Positions 1 to 9,127 of a stretch of DNA of 32,000 nucleotides are shown here, piece by piece. The position numbers and the translations under genes were made by a program. The notes under the pieces are model-generated. The model saw only the letters and a program-made list of their open reading frames with translations, did no database searches and was not told the origin of the DNA. This stretch comes from Thermodesulfobacterium commune DSM 2178 (GTDB lineage Bacteria > Desulfobacterota > Thermodesulfobacteria > Thermodesulfobacteriales > Thermodesulfobacteriaceae): contig NZ_CP008796.1 in the NCBI RefSeq assembly GCF_000734015.1, positions 810,001-842,000 of the forward strand, read 5' to 3'. Position 1 is the stretch's first letter, and every line of letters starts with the position of its first letter.

Positions 1-1037
1 GAAAGCTCCCTTATAAATTCTATGTAGTAAACTCTGACGTGGTAAATGCCTTTGCTCTACCAGGAGGTCCGGTGATAGTTACCAGAGGTCTACTTTTAAC
101 CTTAGACAAAGAAAGTCAGCTTGCTGGGGTTTTAGCCCACGAAATAGGACATATAACCGCTAAACATCATGTAAAAATGTTAGAAAAACAGCTGGCCCTA
201 AACTTTCTTCTTCAAATAGGAAGCCTGTTAGTCCCACAAGACCTTACAGGAGAAATTTTGTTAAAATTAGGGGCTGTGTCTGCTTCACTACTCCAGCTTA
301 AGTTTAGTAGAGATCAAGAAAAAGAGGCAGACTACTATGGTTTTCTCTTTGCCTATAAAGCAGGATATTCTCCGCAAGGCATGATAGAGGTCTTTGAAAA
401 GTTTAAACAGATGGAAAAAGAACGACCTCCTGAATGGCTTTCTACCCACCCCTTACCTGAAACGAGAATTAAAGAAGCTCAAAACTATATCAACACCTTT
501 AAACCCTCTGGTGCCTTTATCTCTGACACCGAAAAATTTCAAAAAATAAAAAACTTGTTGGTTACCACTAAACCTTCTTACCAACAAGTATCCAAAGGTA
601 AGGCTGAGTATAAGAAAAAGAACTTCGATGCAGCAGAAGCTTATTTTAAAGAAGCCTTAAGTTTATATCCTCAAAACACTGTGGCCTTGGTTTACTTAGC
701 TTCTATTAGGTTAGAAAAGAAAGATTTTGAGGGTGCAAAAACCTATGCCATAAAAGCTGTAGAAATAGACCCTAACTTTTTCTCAGCTCAGCTAATCGCA
801 GGTATTTCCTGCTTCAAGATAGGAGAATTAAGTAATTCCCTTGTTTACTTAGAAAAGGCCTCACAGCTTATTCCTTTTAACGGGATTTCTTATTATTATA
901 AAGGTAGAGTTTATGAAACTCAAAAACAATTCTCTTTAGCCTTAAAAAACTATCAAAAAGCCTTAGAATTAGGCCCAAAACAAGCCTCTTGGTATTCTGA
1001 CTGTAAAGCACGATATGAACGATTGAGACTACATTAA
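1..1037 (+). CDS. M48 family zinc metallopeptidase with C-terminal TPR repeats (BepA/YfgC-like); 5' end lies outside the window
   Basis: The frame is open back to base 3 (KLPYKFYVVNSDVVNAFALPGG), so GTG 39 is not the true start. Has the HEXXH motif AHEIGH, a downstream EKEADYYG, and TPR-like repeats in the C-terminal half (YFKEALSLYPQN, AIKAVEIDPNF, YQKALELGPK). Confidence 0.8.
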   Translation, partial: KLPYKFYVVNSDVVNAFALPGGPVIVTRGLLLTLDKESQLAGVLAHEIGHITAKHHVKMLEKQLALNFLLQIGSLLVPQDLTGEILLKLGAVSASLLQLKFSRDQEKEADYYGFLFAYKAGYSPQGMIEVFEKFKQMEKERPPEWLSTHPLPETRIKEAQNYINTFKPSGAFISDTEKFQKIKNLLVTTKPSYQQVSKGKAEYKKKNFDAAEAYFKEALSLYPQNTVALVYLASIRLEKKDFEGAKTYAIKAVEIDPNFFSAQLIAGISCFKIGELSNSLVYLEKASQLIPFNGISYYYKGRVYETQKQFSLALKNYQKALELGPKQASWYSDCKARYERLRLH

Positions 1038-1039
1038 GT

Positions 1040-1954
1040 ATGAAAAAAATGGATAATCTCTTAGACCTTTTATTAACCTCTTTACCTTGGGTTGTAACCT
1101 TTAAGACTTCAGGGGTAACCACCTCTCTTCTACTACCTCCTTTAGTTGCTTTTGTCATCTCTTTTCTCTGTGCCTCTGGAGGAATAAGCGGTGCTTTTTT
1201 ACTTTTACCTTTTCAGGTAAGTGTCCTTAGGTTTACCACTCCTGCGGTTAGTGCAACCAACCATCTTTTTAACGTGTTTGCCATTCCTTTTGGGGTCTAT
1301 AGGTACTGGAAAGAAAAACGTTTTTTCTATCCGTTAACCTTAATAATTGCTGTAGGCACCTTACCTGGTGTGATTATAGGATATTTTTTAAGAATAGGCT
1401 ATTTTCAGGAACTGTTAAGATTTAAGCTTTTGGTTGGAGCTGTACTTTTGGTAATAAGCTTAAAGCTTCTTTATGATATCATATTTCCTCCTAAAAAAGA
1501 TGCCTCTTTTTCTCCAGAACCTCCAAAACTTCTCCAGTTTAACTGGAAAACCTTAGCATTCATCTATGACCATAAAACCTACCAAGTAAGTTCTTTAGCT
1601 ATATCTCTGGTTGCTTTTTTTATAGGGATTATAGGTGGTATTTATGGGATAGGAGGAGGGGCGTTGATGGCCCCTATCTTGCTTGGGTTTTTTCACCTAC
1701 CTCCTTACGTGTTTGCTGGGGCCACTCTTTTTGGAACTTGTTTAACCTCAGTCGTGGGAGTATTGGTTTTTACCTTTGGAGGGAATCCACCAGACTGGGC
1801 GCTTGGAGCTCTTTTAGGTTTAGGAGGAGCAGCTGGACTATATTTAGGAGCTAAAGCTCAAAAAAGAATGCCTCAAAAGCTTATAAGGGTTATCATAACA
1901 GCGTTGGTGCTTTTTATAAGCTTAAGATACCTCTATTCTTACTTTATGCGGTAA
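1040..1954 (+). CDS. TSUP family (TauE/SafE-like) anion permease
   Basis: 304 aa, hydrophobic throughout with multiple predicted TM helices. Gly-rich motifs GGISGAFLLLP and GGIYGIGGGALMAP are typical of TauE/SafE. ATG lies 2 nt after the upstream stop. Confidence 0.7.
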   Translation: MKKMDNLLDLLLTSLPWVVTFKTSGVTTSLLLPPLVAFVISFLCASGGISGAFLLLPFQVSVLRFTTPAVSATNHLFNVFAIPFGVYRYWKEKRFFYPLTLIIAVGTLPGVIIGYFLRIGYFQELLRFKLLVGAVLLVISLKLLYDIIFPPKKDASFSPEPPKLLQFNWKTLAFIYDHKTYQVSSLAISLVAFFIGIIGGIYGIGGGALMAPILLGFFHLPPYVFAGATLFGTCLTSVVGVLVFTFGGNPPDWALGALLGLGGAAGLYLGAKAQKRMPQKLIRVIITALVLFISLRYLYSYFMR

Positions 1955-2924
1955 AAACATCGTCATAAAAAAGTTTTAACCTAACCTTTTTTAATTCCTT
2001 TAAGGTGGTAAGCATAAGATATTCAGTGATATCTATTTTCTGAGCCAGTTCTTCTATCAACTTTATTTCCTCTTCGTTTTTAAAATGACACATCGTATAT
2101 AGGTTATAATCCCAAAAAGGATAGGTCTTTCTTTCATAACAATGTGTGATAAAGGTTTTGTTGGTAACTTCCTTAACAAAACTTTCTATCTTCTTTTGAG
2201 GTACCTTCCAGGCTACCATGACGTTGGTTTTATATCCTAAACGGTCATGTTTTACCAAAGCCCCAAACCTTCTTAAACCACCTTGTTTTTGGACTTCCAT
2301 CAACCAAGAAAAAATCTCTTCTTCTCTAACACCAAGTTTTTCAGCTATAGGTTTAAAAGGTTCTTTTATCAAAGGAAGAGGCTCTTGAAGATGTTTGACA
2401 AACCAAACATCTTTTTCTGAAAAACTTTCCTCTGTTTGCTTTTGAAACCCTATCTCTTCGTTTTTTTCGTTTTCGTAACCTTCTACCTCTAAAACCGTAG
2501 ATATTTTAAAAACCCTTAAAGCAGGTAAAAACAAAAAATCTTCTATTTGGCATCGCTTACAAAGGTTGTCTGCTTCAGTCAAAAGGTCTTTTCCTGGGGG
2601 CACTACCAGAATAAACCAAAGGTTGTAATCATGAGATCTTAAGTAGTTATGACTTACCCCTTGATGGCTGTTTATGATCTCTATTGTCTGAATAAGGTTT
2701 TCTTCCTTAGCCCTTAAGGCAAAAAGCCCAGACCTATGTCCAAAAAAAGAAGGGTTAAAAACTGCAGAAACCTGTCTTATTATTCTCTTTTCTTGCAACT
2801 CTCTAACTTTTTCTAAAAAAAAATCTTCTTCTAAACCAACCTTTTCAGCTAAACGTAAAAAGGGCCTATTTTCTAAGGGAAAATCTTTTTGGATAACAGA
2901 AAGAATCTTTTTCTCAACATCCAT
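1944..2924 (-). CDS. Fused AhbA/AhbB-like (NirD/L-type) siroheme decarboxylase, AsnC/Lrp-like fold
   Basis: Two tandem repeats of the family signature: KKILSVIQKDFPLENRPFLRLAEKVGLEEDFFLEKVRELQEKRIIRQVSAVF and VWFVKHLQEPLPLIKEPFKPIAEKLGVREEEIFSWLMEVQKQGGLRRFGALV. Starts 3 nt after the rpoD stop. Confidence 0.7.
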   Translation of the reverse strand: MDVEKKILSVIQKDFPLENRPFLRLAEKVGLEEDFFLEKVRELQEKRIIRQVSAVFNPSFFGHRSGLFALRAKEENLIQTIEIINSHQGVSHNYLRSHDYNLWFILVVPPGKDLLTEADNLCKRCQIEDFLFLPALRVFKISTVLEVEGYENEKNEEIGFQKQTEESFSEKDVWFVKHLQEPLPLIKEPFKPIAEKLGVREEEIFSWLMEVQKQGGLRRFGALVKHDRLGYKTNVMVAWKVPQKKIESFVKEVTNKTFITHCYERKTYPFWDYNLYTMCHFKNEEEIKLIEELAQKIDITEYLMLTTLKELKKVRLKLFYDDVFTA

Positions 2925-2927
2925 ACG

Positions 2928-4472
2928 TTAAGAACTATAAATAAGAAAATTCTTTAAAAACTTTATCCTTTGAGGATGTTTAAGTTTACGCAGGGCGATG
3001 TTTTCTATCTGTCTGATCCTTTCTTTAGTAACCCCAAACTTGTTTCCAACCTCCTCTAAAGTGTAGGATTCTCTTTCACCTATTCCAAACCTTAGCCTTA
3101 TAATTTTTTCCTCCCTGGGGGACAAACTCTTTAGAAGTTCTCTTACTTTTTCTGATAGAGCTTGGTTAAAGGTAATTTCATCAGGTTTTAAAGCTTTCTG
3201 GTCTTCTATGAAATCTCTTAGTGTAGAATCGTCTTCTTCTCCTATGTTAGTTTCCAGAGAAATAGGTTGTTTCATAATTTTGAAGATGTAGTTAAGTTTT
3301 TCTATAGAAAGGCCTGTCTCCTTAGAAAGTTCTTCTAAAGTTGGATCTCTACCATATTCTTGATAAAACTTGTTAGAAATAAGCTTACTTATTTTGTATA
3401 TAGTTTCTATTATATGAAGGGGGATCCTTATGGTCCTGGTATTTTCTGCCAGATACCTGGTGATAGACTGTCTTATCCACCAGGTTGCATAGGTGCTAAA
3501 CTTAAATCCTTTTCGGTAATCAAATTTTTCTATGGCTTTAAGAAGACCTATGTTTCCTTCCTGGATTAAATCAGAAAGAAACATCCCTTTAGGAGAATAC
3601 TTGCGGGCTATAGAAATGATAAGCCTAAGATTAGATTTTACCAACTCCTCTTTGCAGGCCTTTATAACTTGACAGGCTTTAAAAATCTTTTCTCCACTTT
3701 GGTATACCTTCTCTAAGGGCTCTCCAAAGAATTCATCAAAATGCTTCATAAACTTACAATGTTCGTTTACTTCTTTTACCAGCTTGTCTAAATCTATCTT
3801 ATCGATGGAAAATCTTTTTGCTAAACGGAGAAAATTAATCTGTCTTCCGTTAACTGAAAAAATTTTTTCTATCGTGATAGGCTTGATCTCGTATTTAGTT
3901 TGCAGTTTATTTTTTAATCTATTTAGGTTGTTAACCCTTTGATAGGTTTCTAAAATCTCACAACAAAGCTCATCTAAGAGCAGTTTACTTGGTCTTACTT
4001 GATAAATAAGTTCTATGGTCTTTTCCAACAGCTCAGGGTTAACACCATGAGAATTAAAAGACTCTAAAATGTCACTTAAGCTTTGCTTTAAACTTTGTAT
4101 CCAATGTTCAAACTTTTCTTTATGTTTTTGTAATTCATCACAGTCCTTAAAAAGCAGTCCTAACTTGCCATGTCTTTCTGATTGAATAACCAGATGAAAA
4201 AACTTGGCAGTAGTAGCATAATAACTGAGGACCTCACTCAATATCTCCCTTTCCTTTTCTTCTATAGTCCTTCCTATCCTTATTTCATCTTCTTTGGTAA
4301 GAAGTTTATGAGAAAAAACTTCCTTAAAATAAATCTTTATAGGGTCTTCGTCTTTAACTCCAGACCTTTTTTCCTCTTCTTCAGGTAGCCAGAAATTTTC
4401 TGAAGAAACCTCCTCTAAGAGCATTTCCTCTTCTTCAAAAAGACAAAAGGTTTTTTTGTTTCGGAGGCTCAT
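2928..4472 (-). CDS. rpoD: RNA polymerase primary sigma factor (sigma-70 family)
   Basis: Region 1.2 DPIKIYFKEV..LLTKEDEIRIG. Region 2 NLRLIISIARKY..LIQEGNIGLLKAIEKFDYRKGFKFSTYATWWIRQSITR. Region 4.2 YTLEEVGNKFGVTKERIRQIENIALRKL. AGGAGG lies upstream of the ATG. Confidence 0.92.
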   Translation of the reverse strand: MSLRNKKTFCLFEEEEMLLEEVSSENFWLPEEEEKRSGVKDEDPIKIYFKEVFSHKLLTKEDEIRIGRTIEEKEREILSEVLSYYATTAKFFHLVIQSERHGKLGLLFKDCDELQKHKEKFEHWIQSLKQSLSDILESFNSHGVNPELLEKTIELIYQVRPSKLLLDELCCEILETYQRVNNLNRLKNKLQTKYEIKPITIEKIFSVNGRQINFLRLAKRFSIDKIDLDKLVKEVNEHCKFMKHFDEFFGEPLEKVYQSGEKIFKACQVIKACKEELVKSNLRLIISIARKYSPKGMFLSDLIQEGNIGLLKAIEKFDYRKGFKFSTYATWWIRQSITRYLAENTRTIRIPLHIIETIYKISKLISNKFYQEYGRDPTLEELSKETGLSIEKLNYIFKIMKQPISLETNIGEEDDSTLRDFIEDQKALKPDEITFNQALSEKVRELLKSLSPREEKIIRLRFGIGERESYTLEEVGNKFGVTKERIRQIENIALRKLKHPQRIKFLKNFLIYSS

Positions 4473-4514
4473 TCAATCCTCCTTTGTTTAAAAATTTTTA
4501 TGCAAACTTTTATT

Positions 4515-6269
4515 TTAACTCTCTACTTTGTCTAAACCACAAACTTTATTGATCAAGGTGGCTTTTAAAAGACAAAGATATTGATTTTTTTCTTCTTTTG
4601 CCCCTACATTTTCTAAATTTTTTATGCTCTCTGCAAGTTTTTTTAACTCCAGCTTGATTAAAGACTTTTGGAGAAAGGATTTTATGTCTTTGAGAACCTC
4701 CTCTCGACTTTCAAAAGGAGGGCTAAAAAGAAGGTCGCTTAGAATAGACTGAAATTCAGGATCAGAGACACAAGAAAGCTCTCCCAGCCCTTTTTTCAAA
4801 CTCTCGATTAACATTTTTAAAAAAACCGTATACTTAGAACCACAAGCTTCTAAATACTTAGAAAGTCCTGACTCCTCTAAAATTTCTAAATCTTCAGGAT
4901 AACTTACTAAGTATTGAGCAATCATCCTTAAACAACTATCTTCCTTAGGTTCAACCAAACTCTTTTCAGAAGATGAAATAAATATAGCAGGTTTTTTAGA
5001 TACTTCCTTTTTAGATAAACTTTTTAAAATCTCTGTTTCAGACAAATCCAGTTTAAAGCTCAATTCCTTAGCTACTTTTTTCTTTAAAAACGGGTCTTCT
5101 ATACCCTGAAAAACCTCAATCAATTCTTGATAGGCCTTAGAAGGATTTTGTTTGAATTTGTCTTGGAAAAAAGAAGCAACAAAGGAAATTCCATCTTGGG
5201 TTAAATCCTTTATTTTTTCCTTAATCTCTGAGGAATTCATCTTAATTTTTTGGACAAAAGAATCAGGATCCTCCCCTTCAGGTAAAACGACACATTTAGG
5301 TAAAATCCCTTCTTTTACAAACAAAGACACAGCCCTTACCGTAGCTTTTTTCCCAGCTTCATCGCCGTCGTAACACACCAATATCTCTTCTGATAATCCT
5401 TTAAGAATCTTTACATGATTAGGGGTAAGGGCTGTACCACAGGTAGCAACCGTATTTCTTATCCCAGCCTCCCAGAAAGAAAGGAAATCAAAGTATCCCT
5501 CTACTAAAAAACAGGTTTTTTCTTTCTTGATATATTCTTTAGCCTGATAAAAACCATAAAGGATTTCTGATTTTTTATAAATCTTAGACTCTGGGGTATT
5601 TAAATACTTGGGCTCATCTTCTTTAACAAGGGCCCTTCCTCCAAAACCAACACATTCTCCTTTGGAATTAAAAACAGGAAAAATTATCCTAAACTTAAAA
5701 AGGTCTACAAAAGAACCATCTTGTACTTGTTTGATCAAGCCAAGCTCTTCTGCGTGTTTGAATTCTTCTTTCGAGGTTCTTAAATAGCTAGTTAATACCC
5801 TACCTTCTTGAGGAGCAAAACCTAACAGGAAATGCTTTATAGTTTCCTCAGAAAGACCTCTTTCTAAAAGATATTCTCTTCCTTCTTTAGCCCCGGGATG
5901 AAAAAACAGCAAATGATGGTAAAACTTGGCTACTTTATAAGCCAGACTAACAAGCTCGTTTTCTTTTCTTTTTTCTAGAAAAATCTTCTCTTCTACATAA
6001 ATCCCCGCTTTCTCTGCTAATTCTAAGATAGCTTCTTTAAAAGATAACCCCTTTATCTTCATGTAAAAAGTCACCACATCCCCAGACTCTCCACATCCAA
6101 AACATTTGAAAATCTGTTTCTCAGGACTGACTACAAAAGAAGGGGTTTTCTCTGAATGAAAAGGACAAAGCCCTACAAAATTTTTGCCTACCCTCTTTAA
6201 CCTTACATAGTTAGACACTACTTCTACAAGGTCATAGATTTCTTTTATCTTTTCAAAAAGTCCTTCCAA
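4515..6269 (-). CDS. dnaG: DNA primase
   Basis: Zinc ribbon CPFHSEKTPSFVVSPEKQIFKCFGCGESGD. Toprim motifs LVEGYFDFLS and CYDGDEAGKKAT. TTG start preceded by AGAGGT. Confidence 0.92.
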   Translation of the reverse strand: MEGLFEKIKEIYDLVEVVSNYVRLKRVGKNFVGLCPFHSEKTPSFVVSPEKQIFKCFGCGESGDVVTFYMKIKGLSFKEAILELAEKAGIYVEEKIFLEKRKENELVSLAYKVAKFYHHLLFFHPGAKEGREYLLERGLSEETIKHFLLGFAPQEGRVLTSYLRTSKEEFKHAEELGLIKQVQDGSFVDLFKFRIIFPVFNSKGECVGFGGRALVKEDEPKYLNTPESKIYKKSEILYGFYQAKEYIKKEKTCFLVEGYFDFLSFWEAGIRNTVATCGTALTPNHVKILKGLSEEILVCYDGDEAGKKATVRAVSLFVKEGILPKCVVLPEGEDPDSFVQKIKMNSSEIKEKIKDLTQDGISFVASFFQDKFKQNPSKAYQELIEVFQGIEDPFLKKKVAKELSFKLDLSETEILKSLSKKEVSKKPAIFISSSEKSLVEPKEDSCLRMIAQYLVSYPEDLEILEESGLSKYLEACGSKYTVFLKMLIESLKKGLGELSCVSDPEFQSILSDLLFSPPFESREEVLKDIKSFLQKSLIKLELKKLAESIKNLENVGAKEEKNQYLCLLKATLINKVCGLDKVES

Positions 6270-6351
6270 AGGTTACCTCTGTGAACTTTGTTTGGTCTTT
6301 AAAGTTAAAGTATTAAAGATAAAGATTGAAAGAAATTTTTTCATCAAAAAT

Positions 6352-6379
6352 TTTATAATACACTTTTTTAAATATGCAA
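6352..6379 (-). promoter_or_regulatory. Candidate internal promoter upstream of dnaG
   Basis: Minus strand TTGCAT (6379-6374), 16-nt spacer, TATAAA (6357-6352), within the 131-nt mutS2-dnaG gap. Confidence 0.3.
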
Positions 6380-6400
6380 TAGTAAAATAAAAAAACCTCC

Positions 6401-8707
6401 TTAATAGTTTTTTTCCAAGAAAACTACGGTAACCCCTGTCCCTCCCTTACTTTGTTCTGCAAACCTAAATTCTCTTACCAGAGGATGGTTTTTCAGATGT
6501 TTATGAATAGCTTCTCTTAACCTTCCTGACCCATGCCCATGAACAAGATAAACCTCAGCTACCCCTTCTAAAAAACTCCTGTTAAGTTCTTTTTCTACCT
6601 CTTCCAAAGCCTCATCCACTGTCAAACCCAAAAGATAAACGCTTTTCCTAATTCCTTTAGATATTTGAGACGTAGGAGAAGCTTTTAGAGAAAAGCCCTG
6701 AAATTGATTTGATTTTAGTGTATGATTCTCTAAGATAACCTTAGATAACCTTTCTAAGGGTAACTCTAATTTTAAAGCACCACACACAACCTCTGCTAAA
6801 CTATTATTTTTTATCTTTATAACCTTTCCTTTCTGATTAAACCCTTTTATTAATACATAATCTCCTTCCTGAATAGTTTCTTCTTTTTGACTTTCTTTTA
6901 AAACCTTAGCCACAAACTTCTCAAACTCTTTAATCCCACCCTTTTTACCTATACCCTTTTCACTCAATTCCTCTATCAGTTTCTTAAACTCCCTTTCCCA
7001 TTCTTTAAACTTGAGTTCGAGTTGTTTGACATAATGTTTTTCAAGTTCTTCTTTTTTATGGTTAAGTTGAAGCTCTCTTTGCTCTAATTCTTTTTCTTTT
7101 TTTTCTAAAGACTCTCTAAGCTTTTTTACCTTATCAAACTCTTTTTCCCAAAGTTTATACCATTCCCAGTATTCTTTATTTTGCAAGTATTCAAAGGCTC
7201 TATCTAAAATTCGCTCAGGAATACCTATTTTTTTGGCCAGCTCAAAGGCTAAAGAATCCCCATAAACATCATAAACCAAACTGTAAGTAGGTTCTTTAGT
7301 CTCAAGGTCATACTCCATCGTAGCAACCTTTAACCCCTCTATCTTAAACCCTAAGGTTTTCAAAAACTGAGAATGGGTAGTAACCACTACTTTTACCCCT
7401 CTTTTTAGAAGCTCTTCCAACACCGCAGCAATAAGTGCCATACCTTTTTCAGGGTCTGTGCCTCTGCCTGGTTCATCAAGAAGCACCAAGGTTTGACTAT
7501 CTGCCTGGTCTAAAATCTCTTTAAGGCCTCTTAAATGAGAAGAAAAAGAAGACTCGCCCTGAAAGATATCCTGATCATCTCCTATATCAGCAAAAACTTG
7601 GGTAAAAACCGGGATTTCAGCTCTTTCTGCAGGTATTAAAAAACCGGTCTGAGCCATTAAACAAATCAAACCTATGGTTTTTAAAGAAACCGTCTTACCA
7701 CCTAAGTTCGGTCCTGTAATAAGCAACCCCTTTTCTAAGAAAAAATCGTTTCTAACTGCCTTAACCTGTTTTTTTTCGGTTTGAGAAAGTAATAAAAAAG
7801 GATGAACTCCTTGCCAGATCTTAAGGCTCCCTTGAGGTTTTAAATCAGGGAAAATCCCTCGATAAACCCTTCCTAAGTTTACCTTACCCCAGGCTACTTC
7901 GAACTCCAAATAAAGGTTTTCAAGCTCAAAAAAAAGATCTTTTTTTAGAAATAGCTCTTGAGAAACTTCTTTTAAAATCTTTAGTTCTTCTCTTTGCTCT
8001 TGATGACGAAGGGTTTCCAACTCGTTTGAAAGACCTATTATAGAAACTGGTTCTATAAAAGCAGTAGCCCCACTTGAAGAAAGTCCATGGAAAATCCCTT
8101 TTACCTTATTTTTAAACTCAACCTTAACAGGAAGAACATACCTACCTTCTTTTTGGGTATAAAGATTTTCCTGTAGATAACCTTTTTTAAAAAAATGTTC
8201 TCTAAGTTTATCAAGCTTGGTATAAAGAAGGTCTAAAGCCTCTCTAATTTTCTTTCTTATCACATAAAGTTGATAAGAAGCTTTGTCTTTGAGTTCCTTT
8301 CTTTCGTAATCGAGTACACGGTCTAAAACTTGTTGCTCTAACTCCATAACACCTTGATAGACCTCCACAAGCCGAGAAAAAGGAGAATTATTGAGAATTG
8401 AAGATAATCTTTTTAAAACTGTAAACCACTGTTTAATCTGAATAAGTTCCAAAGGAAGGAAAACAGAACGTTTTTGAGCCTTAAGAAAAAGAAATCTTAA
8501 TGATTTAAGGGGGACAAGGTCTAACCTTTCCCCCTTTTCTATAAGATTCCAGAGATAACTTGTTTGCGCCTGAAGTATACAGGCTTTTTCAAAATCAAAA
8601 TTAGGTAATAATTGTTTTACTTCTTGTTTAACAAAATCACTAACTACATTTTCCGAAAAATAATCTAAAAGTTTAGACCATTCAAGTTTAACAAAAGATT
8701 TCAACAC
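6401..8707 (-). CDS. mutS2: Endonuclease MutS2 (MutS domain V ATPase plus C-terminal Smr domain)
   Basis: Walker A GPNLGGKT, Walker B LVLLDEPGRGTDP, coiled-coil linker, Smr motif LVHGHGSGRLREAIHKHL. GTG start with no obvious SD. Confidence 0.9.
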   Translation of the reverse strand: MLKSFVKLEWSKLLDYFSENVVSDFVKQEVKQLLPNFDFEKACILQAQTSYLWNLIEKGERLDLVPLKSLRFLFLKAQKRSVFLPLELIQIKQWFTVLKRLSSILNNSPFSRLVEVYQGVMELEQQVLDRVLDYERKELKDKASYQLYVIRKKIREALDLLYTKLDKLREHFFKKGYLQENLYTQKEGRYVLPVKVEFKNKVKGIFHGLSSSGATAFIEPVSIIGLSNELETLRHQEQREELKILKEVSQELFLKKDLFFELENLYLEFEVAWGKVNLGRVYRGIFPDLKPQGSLKIWQGVHPFLLLSQTEKKQVKAVRNDFFLEKGLLITGPNLGGKTVSLKTIGLICLMAQTGFLIPAERAEIPVFTQVFADIGDDQDIFQGESSFSSHLRGLKEILDQADSQTLVLLDEPGRGTDPEKGMALIAAVLEELLKRGVKVVVTTHSQFLKTLGFKIEGLKVATMEYDLETKEPTYSLVYDVYGDSLAFELAKKIGIPERILDRAFEYLQNKEYWEWYKLWEKEFDKVKKLRESLEKKEKELEQRELQLNHKKEELEKHYVKQLELKFKEWEREFKKLIEELSEKGIGKKGGIKEFEKFVAKVLKESQKEETIQEGDYVLIKGFNQKGKVIKIKNNSLAEVVCGALKLELPLERLSKVILENHTLKSNQFQGFSLKASPTSQISKGIRKSVYLLGLTVDEALEEVEKELNRSFLEGVAEVYLVHGHGSGRLREAIHKHLKNHPLVREFRFAEQSKGGTGVTVVFLEKNY

Positions 8708-8737
8708 TACGTTCTAAAATTTTAGAGGAATACCCTC

Positions 8738-8950
8738 TTATTTTTCTTTCATTTTTTGTTGCAACTTCTTAAGTTTTTTCAGCAGTTTTTTACGGGCTGC
8801 TTGCATCTTTTTTCTACGTCTAACTCCAGGCTTTTCGTAAAACTCTCTTTTTTTAACCTCAGAAAGTATTTTTGTTTTTTCTACAAGTCTTTTAAATCTT
8901 TTTAAAGCTTGTTCTAAAGACTCTCCTTCTTTAACGACTATCCCCGCCAA
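8738..8950 (-). CDS. rpsU: 30S ribosomal protein S21
   Basis: 70 aa, very basic, (M)[37 protein letters not shown] start 7 nt downstream of GGAGGGG. Confidence 0.9.
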   Translation of the reverse strand: MAGIVVKEGESLEQALKRFKRLVEKTKILSEVKKREFYEKPGVRRRKKMQAARKKLLKKLKKLQQKMKEK

Positions 8951-8984
8951 AAGATAACCCCTCCTTTTTTTAAAATTTTGGTTT

Positions 8985-9012
8985 AGTCTAACGGGTTTTC
9001 TGATTTTGTCAA
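8985..9012 (-). promoter_or_regulatory. Candidate sigma-70 promoter for rpsU
   Basis: Minus strand TTGACA (9012-9007), 16-nt spacer, TAGACT (8990-8985). Lies about 35 nt upstream of the TTG start and its SD. Confidence 0.45.
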
Positions 9013-9127
9013 GTTTTTAAAAGGCTTAATATGTATTTTATAATAAGGTTTACAAACACCCAAAAACTAAAGCACAAAACTTTTAAAAGGGTTGTTTTTT
9101 AAAAATTATTAAATAAAATTATTGTAT

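Noticed and set aside
877-1158. 93-aa minus-strand ORF across the M48/TSUP junction
   Set aside because: It is antisense to two supported genes, with no motifs and no ribosome-binding site.
8721-8735. Small hairpin AGAGG-N5-CCTCT just after the rpsU stop, considered as a possible terminator
   Set aside because: The stem is only 5 bp and no U-tract directly follows (AAAATTTT). mutS2 starts 14 nt further on. At most it is a weak attenuator, so I did not call it as a feature.
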